Below, in pieces: positions 49,184 through 58,357 of a stretch of 64,000 nt of DNA (positions within the stretch are counted from its first letter, which is position 1; the number at the start of each line of letters is the position of its first letter). A program made the position numbers and the translations under genes. This DNA comes from Minisyncoccota bacterium. GTDB lineage: Bacteria > Patescibacteriota > Minisyncoccia > Phycocordibacterales > UBA918. The stretch spans positions 111,386 to 175,385 of the forward strand of contig JAIPIB010000002.1 of assembly GCA_021734905.1 (NCBI GenBank), given 5' to 3'. The notes under the pieces were generated by a model, which saw only the letters and a list, made by a program, of their open reading frames with translations, was not told the DNA's origin and did no database searches.

Positions 49184-49687
49184 ATGCACATGGAACAGTT
49201 TGATTCAAACGATGTAACTTCTCCCAAAAGCGTCTCTTTCTTATTTCACCTCAGTATGTGGTGGAGAATTTTCTATGGATTTATTCGCATAGTTCTTGGG
49301 TTTATTCTCCTCAACCACATCGGTTCATCATTTACTGATATTTTGACATCTGTCATGGCACATGAAATTGTCCAAGATCCTGCGGATGTTTTATTTCTAT
49401 TTATTTATCAGCTTATTGAAAACCATTCATTTACCGTTACTTACTTTGTTTCCTGTTACCTACTTTTTTGGGGATCTATTGATATTTTTCTCTCATCACT
49501 TCTCTTAAAACACAAACTTTGGGCGTTCCCTGTAAGTATGGTACTGATAGCTCTTTTTATCGTGTACGGAATTTTCAGACTTACTCATACTCACTCTCTC
49601 GTACTTCTTAGTGTAATTATTGCTGACATAATTATTCTTTATCTTATCCATAAAGAACACTACAACCTCAAGAAATCGATCACCTAA
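49184..49687 (+). CDS. DUF2127-like membrane protein
   Basis: HEIVQDPAD, YLLFWG, KLWAFP, FIVY, THS; 4 TMs. Confidence 0.7.
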   Translation: MHMEQFDSNDVTSPKSVSFLFHLSMWWRIFYGFIRIVLGFILLNHIGSSFTDILTSVMAHEIVQDPADVLFLFIYQLIENHSFTVTYFVSCYLLFWGSIDIFLSSLLLKHKLWAFPVSMVLIALFIVYGIFRLTHTHSLVLLSVIIADIIILYLIHKEHYNLKKSIT

Positions 49688-50882
49688 GATACTTCCACAC
49701 TTTCTGATCCTCCTGCCCATCAATCTTAAAAAGCGCAATACCGCGAAGGTTAAATTCTTTTGCGAGATCAATTTTTTGTTTCATTGCTTCAGCATCTGAA
49801 TACGTTGCCATATTAAAAGTAATTGTCTCGCCACTTTTATTTGCATAAGCAAGAGCTCTGGCAGCAATAATATTGCCTTTTGGCGTGTCTTTTGGAATCT
49901 TGAAAGAGCTTGGCAGTTTTAACAAAGATGATTTAGGGATATAAGTAAAACTCATTTCTCCCGCTCTATTACGAGATGGTTTCACCTTATATTCTTTTGC
50001 AATATCAAGAATTCCGGGGACGTTCAATGCCCCAATTCTCCTGTAGTTTTTATACCAATCAGGTGCGACAGTGACAATGTAATGATGTCCATACGTAGGG
50101 ACCCCAAGAAGAATTTTTTCTTTCGGTATATCTTTGAGTGCCAGCTCGACTACTTTCCGAACCCAATCAACATCAGATAATGGCATGTATGGCTGCCCTG
50201 CTTTCTCAGCATTGAGTTTAATGTCAGCTCGCCGTTGGTCGTAGGTCATAAGCTCAACTCGGTCGCAATACTTTGCAATTTCCTTGTAGTCGTTTGCGTA
50301 TTCAATAACTTCTGGAATCTCTCGATAAAGTGACTCAGGAGGAGTTCGTGCTTCTACCGTACATGTTAGTAATTTTTTACCAAGCTCGCCTTTCAATTCT
50401 TTTAGAAAGAGTGAGAAATAATTAATGGTCTCAGCTTTTTTTGATTCATAATCGATATCAACGCCATTATACTTTCCTTTCTTAACCATAGCTACAATTT
50501 CTGATATGTGTGCAGCGCGCAAAACATCATCACTCAAAACAGTATGAATACTTACTCCATCGCTCCACATTACCGTTGGAACTATTTCAACTTTTTTTCT
50601 CTGTGCAGATTTTATAAAATTTTTCCATTCTTTGTCTGAAAGTCCTGCCTGATCGCGGAGCTGACCTTTAGTTGTGACCGTATATGCAAACGGAAAAACC
50701 CTATCCAAATCTCGCAAGTGTTCCTTTGCATCTTTTATACCTTCGCTGTCACGCCAATACGGAATCCATCCAGAAACTTCCAGTGATCTCTCAGTAGCTG
50801 AAACCCCTGACGGAGTCATAATAGATATGGCTACAAAAAGCGCCACAATGTAGTGTATTTTAAAATGTTTCATATTCGTCAT
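49680..50882 (-). CDS. secreted glycoside hydrolase family 18
   Basis: signal peptide, GWIPYW, GVDIDYE catalytic motif, LMTYD, KILLGVPTYG, LRGIALF. Confidence 0.85.
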   Translation of the reverse strand: MTNMKHFKIHYIVALFVAISIMTPSGVSATERSLEVSGWIPYWRDSEGIKDAKEHLRDLDRVFPFAYTVTTKGQLRDQAGLSDKEWKNFIKSAQRKKVEIVPTVMWSDGVSIHTVLSDDVLRAAHISEIVAMVKKGKYNGVDIDYESKKAETINYFSLFLKELKGELGKKLLTCTVEARTPPESLYREIPEVIEYANDYKEIAKYCDRVELMTYDQRRADIKLNAEKAGQPYMPLSDVDWVRKVVELALKDIPKEKILLGVPTYGHHYIVTVAPDWYKNYRRIGALNVPGILDIAKEYKVKPSRNRAGEMSFTYIPKSSLLKLPSSFKIPKDTPKGNIIAARALAYANKSGETITFNMATYSDAEAMKQKIDLAKEFNLRGIALFKIDGQEDQKVWKYLR

Positions 50883-51042
50883 CGTATCTGTATGGAGACG
50901 ATAATTCACACTAAACCTTACAAAATAAGCCGAAAATTAACTGTTTATAAACCATAGACACTACGAATTTTCTGTTATATACTACCAGTCTCAAGGATTG
51001 GGCCTTGGGATGTTCTTAACTTATGTTATGGGGGATTCACAG

Positions 51043-51348
51043 ATGACGAAAAAGCAGGTAGCCGGGCATAATGAGAAGCTTGCTGAAATCAAGCTCACAA
51101 TATCAAAATGGCTGGCGGACAAGAAGGAACTTGGGCATGCGGTTTGTTTCGCAGAATCAGGCTTCCAAATTGTCTTTGGTTGCAAAAAGTCAAAACCGAG
51201 ACATGTAAAACGTGTCCTTACCGACGTGGAAAAAAAAGAAATCCAGAGGTTTGTCAAAATGCTCTGCGATATGTTCACGTTGGTAGTCGACGAAGTCAAG
51301 AAGTTTACCAACGACTTCCGAATGAGATTCGTGTTGGTCGAAGCGTAA
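51043..51348 (+). CDS. hypothetical protein
   Basis: GGGGGA SD before ATG 51043; terminator at 51371-51398. Confidence 0.55.
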   Translation: MTKKQVAGHNEKLAEIKLTISKWLADKKELGHAVCFAESGFQIVFGCKKSKPRHVKRVLTDVEKKEIQRFVKMLCDMFTLVVDEVKKFTNDFRMRFVLVEA

Positions 51349-51370
51349 CGAGACCAACCCCAACAGACAC

Positions 51371-51398
51371 GGCGACCTTCCCCAAGGTCGCCTTTCTT
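51371..51398 (+). terminator. intrinsic terminator
   Basis: GGCGACCTT/AAGGTCGCC plus TTTCTT. Confidence 0.7.
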
Positions 51399-51430
51399 AT
51401 TATCTACCCCTGAACTATTTTTTAATGCAA

Positions 51431-53395
51431 CTATGAAAGCTCCTTATGTCTTTGCATATACCTATCGAGCGTAATGACAAACTCAGCATGGCTCCAGACG
51501 AGAGGCGACGTTGAAAGATGTTCACCAGTATGAGGATTAATTTGTTCTGGAAGAATTCCACTCTGTGATGCTCTGTCGCGTACCCATAAAAGAATTCCAT
51601 ATGGTTTTTCAAGATCTTTCCGTGAACGTGCAGCTTTAATATAATACTGGGCAATCCAGAGTGTTGTGATACACCAAGCATTTGGCGGTGCTTCGAGCGA
51701 TGTCCTGTAGTAGTTATCCCCCTCGTATCGCATAAATCCACCATACGAAGTTGGTACCTTGAGCTTTTCTTCGATTACATTAAGAGAATTGGCCACACGA
51801 ATATCTTGGACGTCAAGAACGCCAAAATTTATGATTCCATGGAGACTACTGATATCAATGGTTGTGTCGCGAACAATCTTTCCATTATCTTGTCTCACTA
51901 GTTTAATAAAACATTTTTGTTCAACATCATATAAATACGTAAGTATTGCATGTTTTATCTTTTCTGCAGCTGTACGATACTTTTCAGCATTACTCCGTTT
52001 TCCCAGAAGTGTCGAGATTTGAGCTGCACTGTTGAGTGCTCCATATATTACTGAAGCTGAATATGTGGACGAGCCAAACTTCTCTTCCCAGAGGTCATAT
52101 GAGCTTGCAGGAAGCCCTGTCTCACGATCAATATACGAACACATAAAATCAGAAGCTGGTTCGATAAAAGGATCATACAATGACTCTATAAACTCCAAGT
52201 CTTTTACCTGTTCATAGTGTTTTAAAAGCATATACACAGGCAGAGCTGTTTCATCCTCTTGGATTGGTAGCTCATACATCCCGTCGCGAACCCATGGGTG
52301 CCACGAACTTCCGAGAACTCCATCGACTCTATATTTATGCATAAGGTATCCATCGCCTTCGAGAAGTTTTGCTATGAAAGCGTAAAAGCTCTTTGCTGTA
52401 TCGAAATAGCCAGCACGATCAAGTGCATGTGCACTAATAGCTGCGTCTCGTGGCCATACGTAACTATAGGTATCTCGCCCCTGATTAAGAACATCGGAAT
52501 CTGAAGAGGCAATAATTCCTCCTCGATTATCTGCATGCATACGAATAACCAGAAGTGCGCGATAGTATAAAAATTTAAGAGCCGGCTCAACACTTGAAAA
52601 ATCTTTGGACTCTTTATGTGTCCATGCGTGCCAATAATTTCGAGCAGACACCATGAGTCGTTCCGGAGTTTCACTCAGTACAGTGTGATGAAGGGACTGT
52701 GCCTCAGCTATTGTTCTTCCTGCAGTAATCCAATAATAAACTGGCACGGACGCACCTCCATCAATCGCATGAGTAATACCTATAACTGAATCGACCGAAC
52801 CGTGTTCAATTGGGTTCATTGAAAGTTCACCGTCCTCTGCATCAGTATAGGTTCCCTCCTTTCCTTCAATACCAAAAAGCCCAATACTATAACGTTCAAA
52901 AGATTTGTCGTTGCAGAGTGCATGAACAAGAAATGCCTCATGTCCCTTGTAGTGTATTACCGAGCCAACTCGTGGATCGTAAAACGCAGTGTCGCCACGA
53001 CGTGATTCAGAAATACGAAATTCTTGCCCAAAAAATATTTTAACTGTTCGTGTCTCATTTCTTTCACTTGTAACAAGTATCTTTCGTAAAAAAAGATCCC
53101 GTTCATTGTGAACAATGCTAGTTATATTGAGTGAAATTCCAAGCTCATTGTTTCGCGCTGTTATAACATCAAGAATACTATCTTGATCTGGTGTTGTCGT
53201 TACTTCCCACGAATCATGAGAAAGCCACCTCAATGTTCCATCAATCCAAATACCAATTCGATGAACATATGATCCACTGGCACCACTAACATGATTTGAG
53301 TGTCCAGCATACGGAAAATAAAAATCACGCACCTGACCACGAGAGTCAATGCCTACTAACAGGTTTCCATTTCCAACAGTAATAGCGCGTGACAT
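51431..53395 (-). CDS. glycoside hydrolase family 15 (glucoamylase-like)
   Basis: GGIIAS, YSYVWPRD, QEDET, DLWEE, RYEGDNY, LPEQ, PLVWSHA. Confidence 0.9.
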   Translation of the reverse strand: MSRAITVGNGNLLVGIDSRGQVRDFYFPYAGHSNHVSGASGSYVHRIGIWIDGTLRWLSHDSWEVTTTPDQDSILDVITARNNELGISLNITSIVHNERDLFLRKILVTSERNETRTVKIFFGQEFRISESRRGDTAFYDPRVGSVIHYKGHEAFLVHALCNDKSFERYSIGLFGIEGKEGTYTDAEDGELSMNPIEHGSVDSVIGITHAIDGGASVPVYYWITAGRTIAEAQSLHHTVLSETPERLMVSARNYWHAWTHKESKDFSSVEPALKFLYYRALLVIRMHADNRGGIIASSDSDVLNQGRDTYSYVWPRDAAISAHALDRAGYFDTAKSFYAFIAKLLEGDGYLMHKYRVDGVLGSSWHPWVRDGMYELPIQEDETALPVYMLLKHYEQVKDLEFIESLYDPFIEPASDFMCSYIDRETGLPASSYDLWEEKFGSSTYSASVIYGALNSAAQISTLLGKRSNAEKYRTAAEKIKHAILTYLYDVEQKCFIKLVRQDNGKIVRDTTIDISSLHGIINFGVLDVQDIRVANSLNVIEEKLKVPTSYGGFMRYEGDNYYRTSLEAPPNAWCITTLWIAQYYIKAARSRKDLEKPYGILLWVRDRASQSGILPEQINPHTGEHLSTSPLVWSHAEFVITLDRYMQRHKELS

Positions 53396-53399
53396 ACGA

Positions 53400-53768
53400 C
53401 TAAATATCGTAAATCTTGAGTCGAGTTACGACAACGGTTCGAGCTGCACTTTGTTTCTTTACTTTTCTAAGACTTGCAGCGAGCTCAGTATCACCAAGGA
53501 CAAATTCAACCCAGTCAGCAAAATCATTTTTTTCGGACGTTACATGATTTCCAAAAACTGCCTCATCCATCGTGTCAAAAAGACTTTTAAGTTCAACAAG
53601 GTTCGAGACAATTGTGCCATCAGTTGTCCAAAAACATTGCTCACCTCCAGCACAAACGAGAACACGTTTTGCTTTTTTGAGGTTTCTTTTTGTTGCTGCT
53701 TTCTGTACTACCGCCTTTTTTGCTACTGTTCCACTTTTTCCCTTCACTGCTTTTTTAATTGTTGTCAT
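53400..53768 (-). CDS. DUF5752-like small protein with Lys/Ala-rich N-terminal tail
   Basis: CFWTTDG..SNLVEL, HVTSEKNDFADWVEFVLGD..LA. Confidence 0.65.
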   Translation of the reverse strand: MTTIKKAVKGKSGTVAKKAVVQKAATKRNLKKAKRVLVCAGGEQCFWTTDGTIVSNLVELKSLFDTMDEAVFGNHVTSEKNDFADWVEFVLGDTELAASLRKVKKQSAARTVVVTRLKIYDI

Positions 53769-53785
53769 AAGAACATAATGAACTG

Positions 53786-55108
53786 TTAAGACGGTTGGGC
53801 ACCCAGCCGTCGTTTAATAAATGGTAACCGGCCAAGCAGTCGCATAATCCATGCAACAAATCTTACCCAAAGACCTTTTGGTTTTGGTGGCTTGAATACC
53901 TCCTCCTCTCGCAACATTTCCGTCACCCTTAATTGTAAATCACTCATGGCATTCATGAAAGCGATATACGCATCATATGGGGATTCGTACGGACTAAAGT
54001 ACGCATGAACATCACCATCATTAGACCACTTAGTACACATGTAGTAGAAATGGTCAGACGTTTGAAGCCTTCTCCAGATTTCAATGAGATCTGAGTTTTT
54101 TGTTTTCATGACTTCATCCTCCATTCGATAGATGGATGCTATTGCATCTTTTTGAATATCGTTCCCTGTCCATGCAGTAAGATCACGGTCTGTATCAGCC
54201 CATGTAAGTATATGTGGGACATCTATTTCTCCTACTGATGGATATGAAAGAATAGTTTCAGTTGGTGTTTTAAAACTGGTATCACCATGTTGTAGTAATG
54301 CTGACGGAAGAGCTCGGAGAAAGTCAAAAATACCCGTATCTTCCCATTGGTGCTCACCAAAGGTTTCAAAGTCCATAAAAAGATTAATCGTGTGCCCGTC
54401 GCCATGGTGTGCATGTATCCATTTTGCGTAAGTCGACACGTCAAGTGGCCAACTTCCCCACCCTTGGTTACCAAATCGAAACGCAATATCATCAGAAAGT
54501 TTGTAATTCTTTAAAAGCACCTTGATGCGCGAACATCCTTTTGGTTGGTATACATAGTTGGGACTCCTCCATCCAAGAACGGGGTCCCACCCCTCAGCCA
54601 TAATCCCGAGGTAGCCATTTTCCTCGCACCAGACAGCCAGATCGTTCGTATATGAAAGCTCTGTATTTCGAAATACCTTCGGTTTTACACCAAACAAATC
54701 AAAGATCTTCTTTTGATGGTGCGCCACTTGTCGCTCAAATTCTGGACGTGAATAAAAGAATGCGAGTGAATGGTAATAGGTGTCTGCAAGAATTTCTACA
54801 CGTCCTGTTGCAACGAGTTTTTGAAAAGCCACGAGCACTTCAGGTGCATATAATTCAAATTGATCAAGTACAGTTCCGGAAAAAGAAAGTGAGAATCGAA
54901 ATTCAGGATGCTGGTTCAACAATTCATACAATATTGCTGTCGTAGGAAGGTATGACTTTTCAGCAACCTTCCGAAGTATTTTTCCATTATTGAGATCAGT
55001 ATCATCGCTCGCATTAAAATATTCATTATCGTGACCTATATCAAAAATACTATATCGCTTAATGCGGTGTGGCTGGTGAACGTGAAAATATGGGCATACA
55101 GTAAGCAT
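53786..55108 (-). CDS. glycoside hydrolase family 57 (alpha-amylase-like)
   Basis: HVHQP, SYLP, TYYHSL, FRNTEL, FMDFETFGEHQW, LQTSDHFYYM. Confidence 0.9.
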   Translation of the reverse strand: MLTVCPYFHVHQPHRIKRYSIFDIGHDNEYFNASDDTDLNNGKILRKVAEKSYLPTTAILYELLNQHPEFRFSLSFSGTVLDQFELYAPEVLVAFQKLVATGRVEILADTYYHSLAFFYSRPEFERQVAHHQKKIFDLFGVKPKVFRNTELSYTNDLAVWCEENGYLGIMAEGWDPVLGWRSPNYVYQPKGCSRIKVLLKNYKLSDDIAFRFGNQGWGSWPLDVSTYAKWIHAHHGDGHTINLFMDFETFGEHQWEDTGIFDFLRALPSALLQHGDTSFKTPTETILSYPSVGEIDVPHILTWADTDRDLTAWTGNDIQKDAIASIYRMEDEVMKTKNSDLIEIWRRLQTSDHFYYMCTKWSNDGDVHAYFSPYESPYDAYIAFMNAMSDLQLRVTEMLREEEVFKPPKPKGLWVRFVAWIMRLLGRLPFIKRRLGAQPS

Positions 55109-55118
55109 ATGTAATATG

Positions 55119-56345
55119 TTATATCTCTCGCCTGAACAAAGCTAGTAATTTATAATACAGATCTATGACCTTTCGTGCCGCGCGATTCCAGGTGAGTTTC
55201 AAAACCTCTTTCTGCCCCTCCTGAACTAGTTGCTTATTCATCGTCTCGTATCGCAAAACGGCAATAATTTTGTTTGCCATTTCATCAATATCCCAGAAAT
55301 CTACTTTGAGCACATGCGTAAGGACCTCGGCAACACCTGACTGCTTTGAGATCAAAGCTGGAGTCCCTTGCTGAATAGCTTCAAGTGGAACGAGTCCGAA
55401 AGGTTCAGAAACTGACGGCATAACCAAAAGATCTGCACTCTGATACATTCGATCGCGCTCATCTTCCCATAAAGCACCTGCAAAAATTACATTTTTTGAC
55501 AATCCTAGAGCACCCACGAGATGCATTATTTCATGTTCCATATCACCCCACCCTGAAATAACAAATATGATGTTTGGATCATGGTCAACAACTTTTCGTG
55601 CTGCACGGATAAAATAATCAACACCTTTCTGGATTGTAATGCGACCATGATAAAAAACAATTTTTTTTCCCTGAGCCTTCAATTCTGCAAGAGCTGGAGC
55701 AAATAATTTGACTTCTTGTGGTTTAATCCCATTATGGACGACTTCTATCTTTTCTGGATTGATATTATATCGATTCACAATAATGTTTCGAGTGTAGTTG
55801 CTTATGGCAACGATAGAATCTGCGTCATTAAAAGCCCTCCTTTCTATCTCATACACATAAGGGTCTACAAATTCACTCGCAGCTTGATCAAATGACGTCG
55901 CATGAACATGGAGAACAAGGGGTTTTCCACTTGCAAGCTTTGCCTTCTGGCCTGCTAAGTACGATGTCCAGTCGTGTGCATGAATGAGATCAAAATTCTC
56001 AGTTTGAGCAATTGCATACGCAGCGTCAGCATATCGACACACCTCCTCAAGAATCGTTCGTGAAAAACGAACCCGTGTACCATCTGCCAGAAACATCTCA
56101 ATAAATGAGTGTGCGCTCTGATATGGAACAAGTACCGAATCAACACGATAAACAGAACGAGGTGCATTGTGTGCGAAATCAGCAAAAAGAAATTGATTGT
56201 TACCTATCGTGGTCTGCTTCCTTGGGAGCACAAAAATAACCTCAATGCCTTCGCTGTTGAGTTCTTCAGTTAGACCATGGCACGCTACACCAAGCCCTCC
56301 GTTTCTCATTGGTGGATAATCCCACCCAAATGTCAAAATTCGCAT
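55119..56345 (-). CDS. GT4 glycosyltransferase (glycogen synthase-like)
   Basis: WDYPP..GGLG, HAHDW, GRITIQKG, PSVSEPFGLVPLEA. Confidence 0.9.
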   Translation of the reverse strand: MRILTFGWDYPPMRNGGLGVACHGLTEELNSEGIEVIFVLPRKQTTIGNNQFLFADFAHNAPRSVYRVDSVLVPYQSAHSFIEMFLADGTRVRFSRTILEEVCRYADAAYAIAQTENFDLIHAHDWTSYLAGQKAKLASGKPLVLHVHATSFDQAASEFVDPYVYEIERRAFNDADSIVAISNYTRNIIVNRYNINPEKIEVVHNGIKPQEVKLFAPALAELKAQGKKIVFYHGRITIQKGVDYFIRAARKVVDHDPNIIFVISGWGDMEHEIMHLVGALGLSKNVIFAGALWEDERDRMYQSADLLVMPSVSEPFGLVPLEAIQQGTPALISKQSGVAEVLTHVLKVDFWDIDEMANKIIAVLRYETMNKQLVQEGQKEVLKLTWNRAARKVIDLYYKLLALFRREI

Positions 56346-56514
56346 GTACGACAAAGCTGTACTTCTTGAATCAAACTGCGACGACAGATGACACTACAGT
56401 ATCAGTACAGACTACACCATATTAACACGAGCATTACATTTTTTTCATGAGTAAAAATGCGTCTGAGGTGCATAAGTCACACTGTTTTTCAAAAAATGGT
56501 ATAACGGTAAGATT

Positions 56515-57348
56515 ATGATATTTTTCCCGAAAAAAAAACAATACCGACCCTATGTAACAATAGAAAAACTGGTCGGTGAGACGCCACTTATCTCTTTGGA
56601 AAAACTTCGGAAAAACCTCTCTATTCCCTCAAACGTTCCACTTGCGTATGCTGGAAGACTCGACCCTATGGCATCTGGAAAACTTCTCATTCTTATGGGA
56701 GATGAGTGTAAAGTTCAAGAAAAATATCACTCATTCGATAAGGAATACCAGGTTGAAATTCTACTTGGAACTTCGTCTGATACTGGAGACGTTCTCGGAC
56801 TTCTTTCTTCTTGTGAACAAAAATTTGTGCGTGAGAAAGATGTCTGCGAAATACTAGACTCCACCACAGGAACCATCGACCTTCCCTACCCTCACTTTTC
56901 ATCAAAGACGGTGCGAGGAAAACCACTTCATACATGGACACTTGAAGGAAGGCTGAGTGAGATTGAGATTCCCATTAAAACCTCAATGCTACACAAACTT
57001 ACTTTGGATGGAATACGTAAAATATCCAAAGAAGAAATTTTGGAGACGGTACGAAAAAAGATAGAGACTATCCCTGCAGTGACAGATGAACGAAAAGCAC
57101 TTGGGGCTGACTTCAGGCGTGATGCTGTTCGAAAGTCGTGGGACACATTTGCATCGCGAAACGAGCTTTCATTTCAAATACTTTCTTTCACGTGCATAGC
57201 CTCATCAGGTACATATATGAGGTCGCTTGCTGGACTTATTGCAAAAGAACTAGGAACGTGTGGTTTGGCTTACTCTATTCATCGCACAAAAATTGGATCC
57301 TATATCCCTATATTTAAAGACATAGGTTTTTGGTTAAGGACTTTTTGA
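56515..57348 (+). CDS. truB: TruB-like tRNA pseudouridine synthase
   Basis: YAGRLDPMASG, KEY, DTGDVLG, SSGTYMRSL, RTKIG; no PUA domain. Confidence 0.75.
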   Translation: MIFFPKKKQYRPYVTIEKLVGETPLISLEKLRKNLSIPSNVPLAYAGRLDPMASGKLLILMGDECKVQEKYHSFDKEYQVEILLGTSSDTGDVLGLLSSCEQKFVREKDVCEILDSTTGTIDLPYPHFSSKTVRGKPLHTWTLEGRLSEIEIPIKTSMLHKLTLDGIRKISKEEILETVRKKIETIPAVTDERKALGADFRRDAVRKSWDTFASRNELSFQILSFTCIASSGTYMRSLAGLIAKELGTCGLAYSIHRTKIGSYIPIFKDIGFWLRTF

Positions 57349-57398
57349 GATACACGGAGTGGTTGAGTTTTTTCTTTAATAACTATAATATTACTCAA

Positions 57399-58100
57399 AT
57401 GAAAAAAATCACTATTATTTTTATTATTCTAGTCATTCTTGGAATCTGTTCATATTTCACTCACCAATACTATCTTGGAGTCATTGGTGGAATACCAGAA
57501 CTTCCAGTTATTACACCCGCTGCTCCATCAGCTAGTCCTGAATGGATAAAAAATATGAAGAATACTTTTCATCTAGAAATATTAAGTGTCTCAATGCCCA
57601 CCATTTCATTTTCATATGCCAATATGCCACCATCTGGTGTAAATGTTATTCGGGAAGAAACAGGTGAAGTAGTTTGGCGTCAGAAACTTACTGACACTGA
57701 AGGATTATCTGGAAGGACTACTGTCACACTCCCAAATGGAATTGTAAATTCAGCAGAATACGCCGGTCGATACTTTTTGCAAGCTTTCGGATCAAGTAAT
57801 GAAATTTATGCAACGAGCACAGCATTCTATGTTGGCAAAAATACATCAAATTCACAATTGAGTGTACAAGCAAAGGCGGAGCCGAATAATATTCATGAGA
57901 AAGAAATTATTACCATCTCGTGGTCTTCTACTGACGCCATCGGATGCTATCTGGACACAGCACGAGGAAAGGGAGACGACCTTGCTCCATCTGGGTCTGT
58001 TGAAACCCCCATTTATGGCGCGTTCCTCCCATTAAAAATAGTTTGTCATGACGAAAAAGACAATGTAGCTAGTGCTGAAATAGATTTAACAATCAAATGA
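57399..58100 (+). CDS. hypothetical membrane-anchored beta-rich protein
   Basis: N-terminal TM; ISWSSTDAIGC...C Ig-like segment; TATAAT shortly upstream of ATG. Confidence 0.7.
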   Translation: MKKITIIFIILVILGICSYFTHQYYLGVIGGIPELPVITPAAPSASPEWIKNMKNTFHLEILSVSMPTISFSYANMPPSGVNVIREETGEVVWRQKLTDTEGLSGRTTVTLPNGIVNSAEYAGRYFLQAFGSSNEIYATSTAFYVGKNTSNSQLSVQAKAEPNNIHEKEIITISWSSTDAIGCYLDTARGKGDDLAPSGSVETPIYGAFLPLKIVCHDEKDNVASAEIDLTIK

Positions 58101-58147
58101 TACTGCGCATTGACGAAAATGGCTATTTTTGGTAATATCTTCGAGCT

Positions 58148-58321
58148 ATGTCACAAGATAAACTCATAAAACTCGTTTCTGTCGGCGATTCAAAAGGTGT
58201 CGGAAAAGGTCATACTTACTACACACGAAAGAATAAGAAGAAACACGCTGATAAGAAATTTGAGTTTAAGAAATTCAATCCTGTAGCTCAGAAACACACC
58301 CTTTATAAAGAAAAGAAATAA
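58148..58321 (+). CDS. rpmG: 50S ribosomal protein L33, Cys-free form (not in ORF track)
   Basis: MSQDKLIKLVS...GHTYYTRKNKK...KKFNPVAQKHTLYKEKK, 57 aa. Confidence 0.9.
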   Translation: MSQDKLIKLVSVGDSKGVGKGHTYYTRKNKKKHADKKFEFKKFNPVAQKHTLYKEKK

Positions 58322-58357
58322 CAAAAAACCGGACACTTGTCCGGTTTTTTGTTATTT
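58316..58357. terminator. bidirectional terminator containing both stop codons
   Basis: AAATAACAAAAAACCGGACA-CT-TGTCCGGTTTTTTGTTATTT. Confidence 0.85.
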
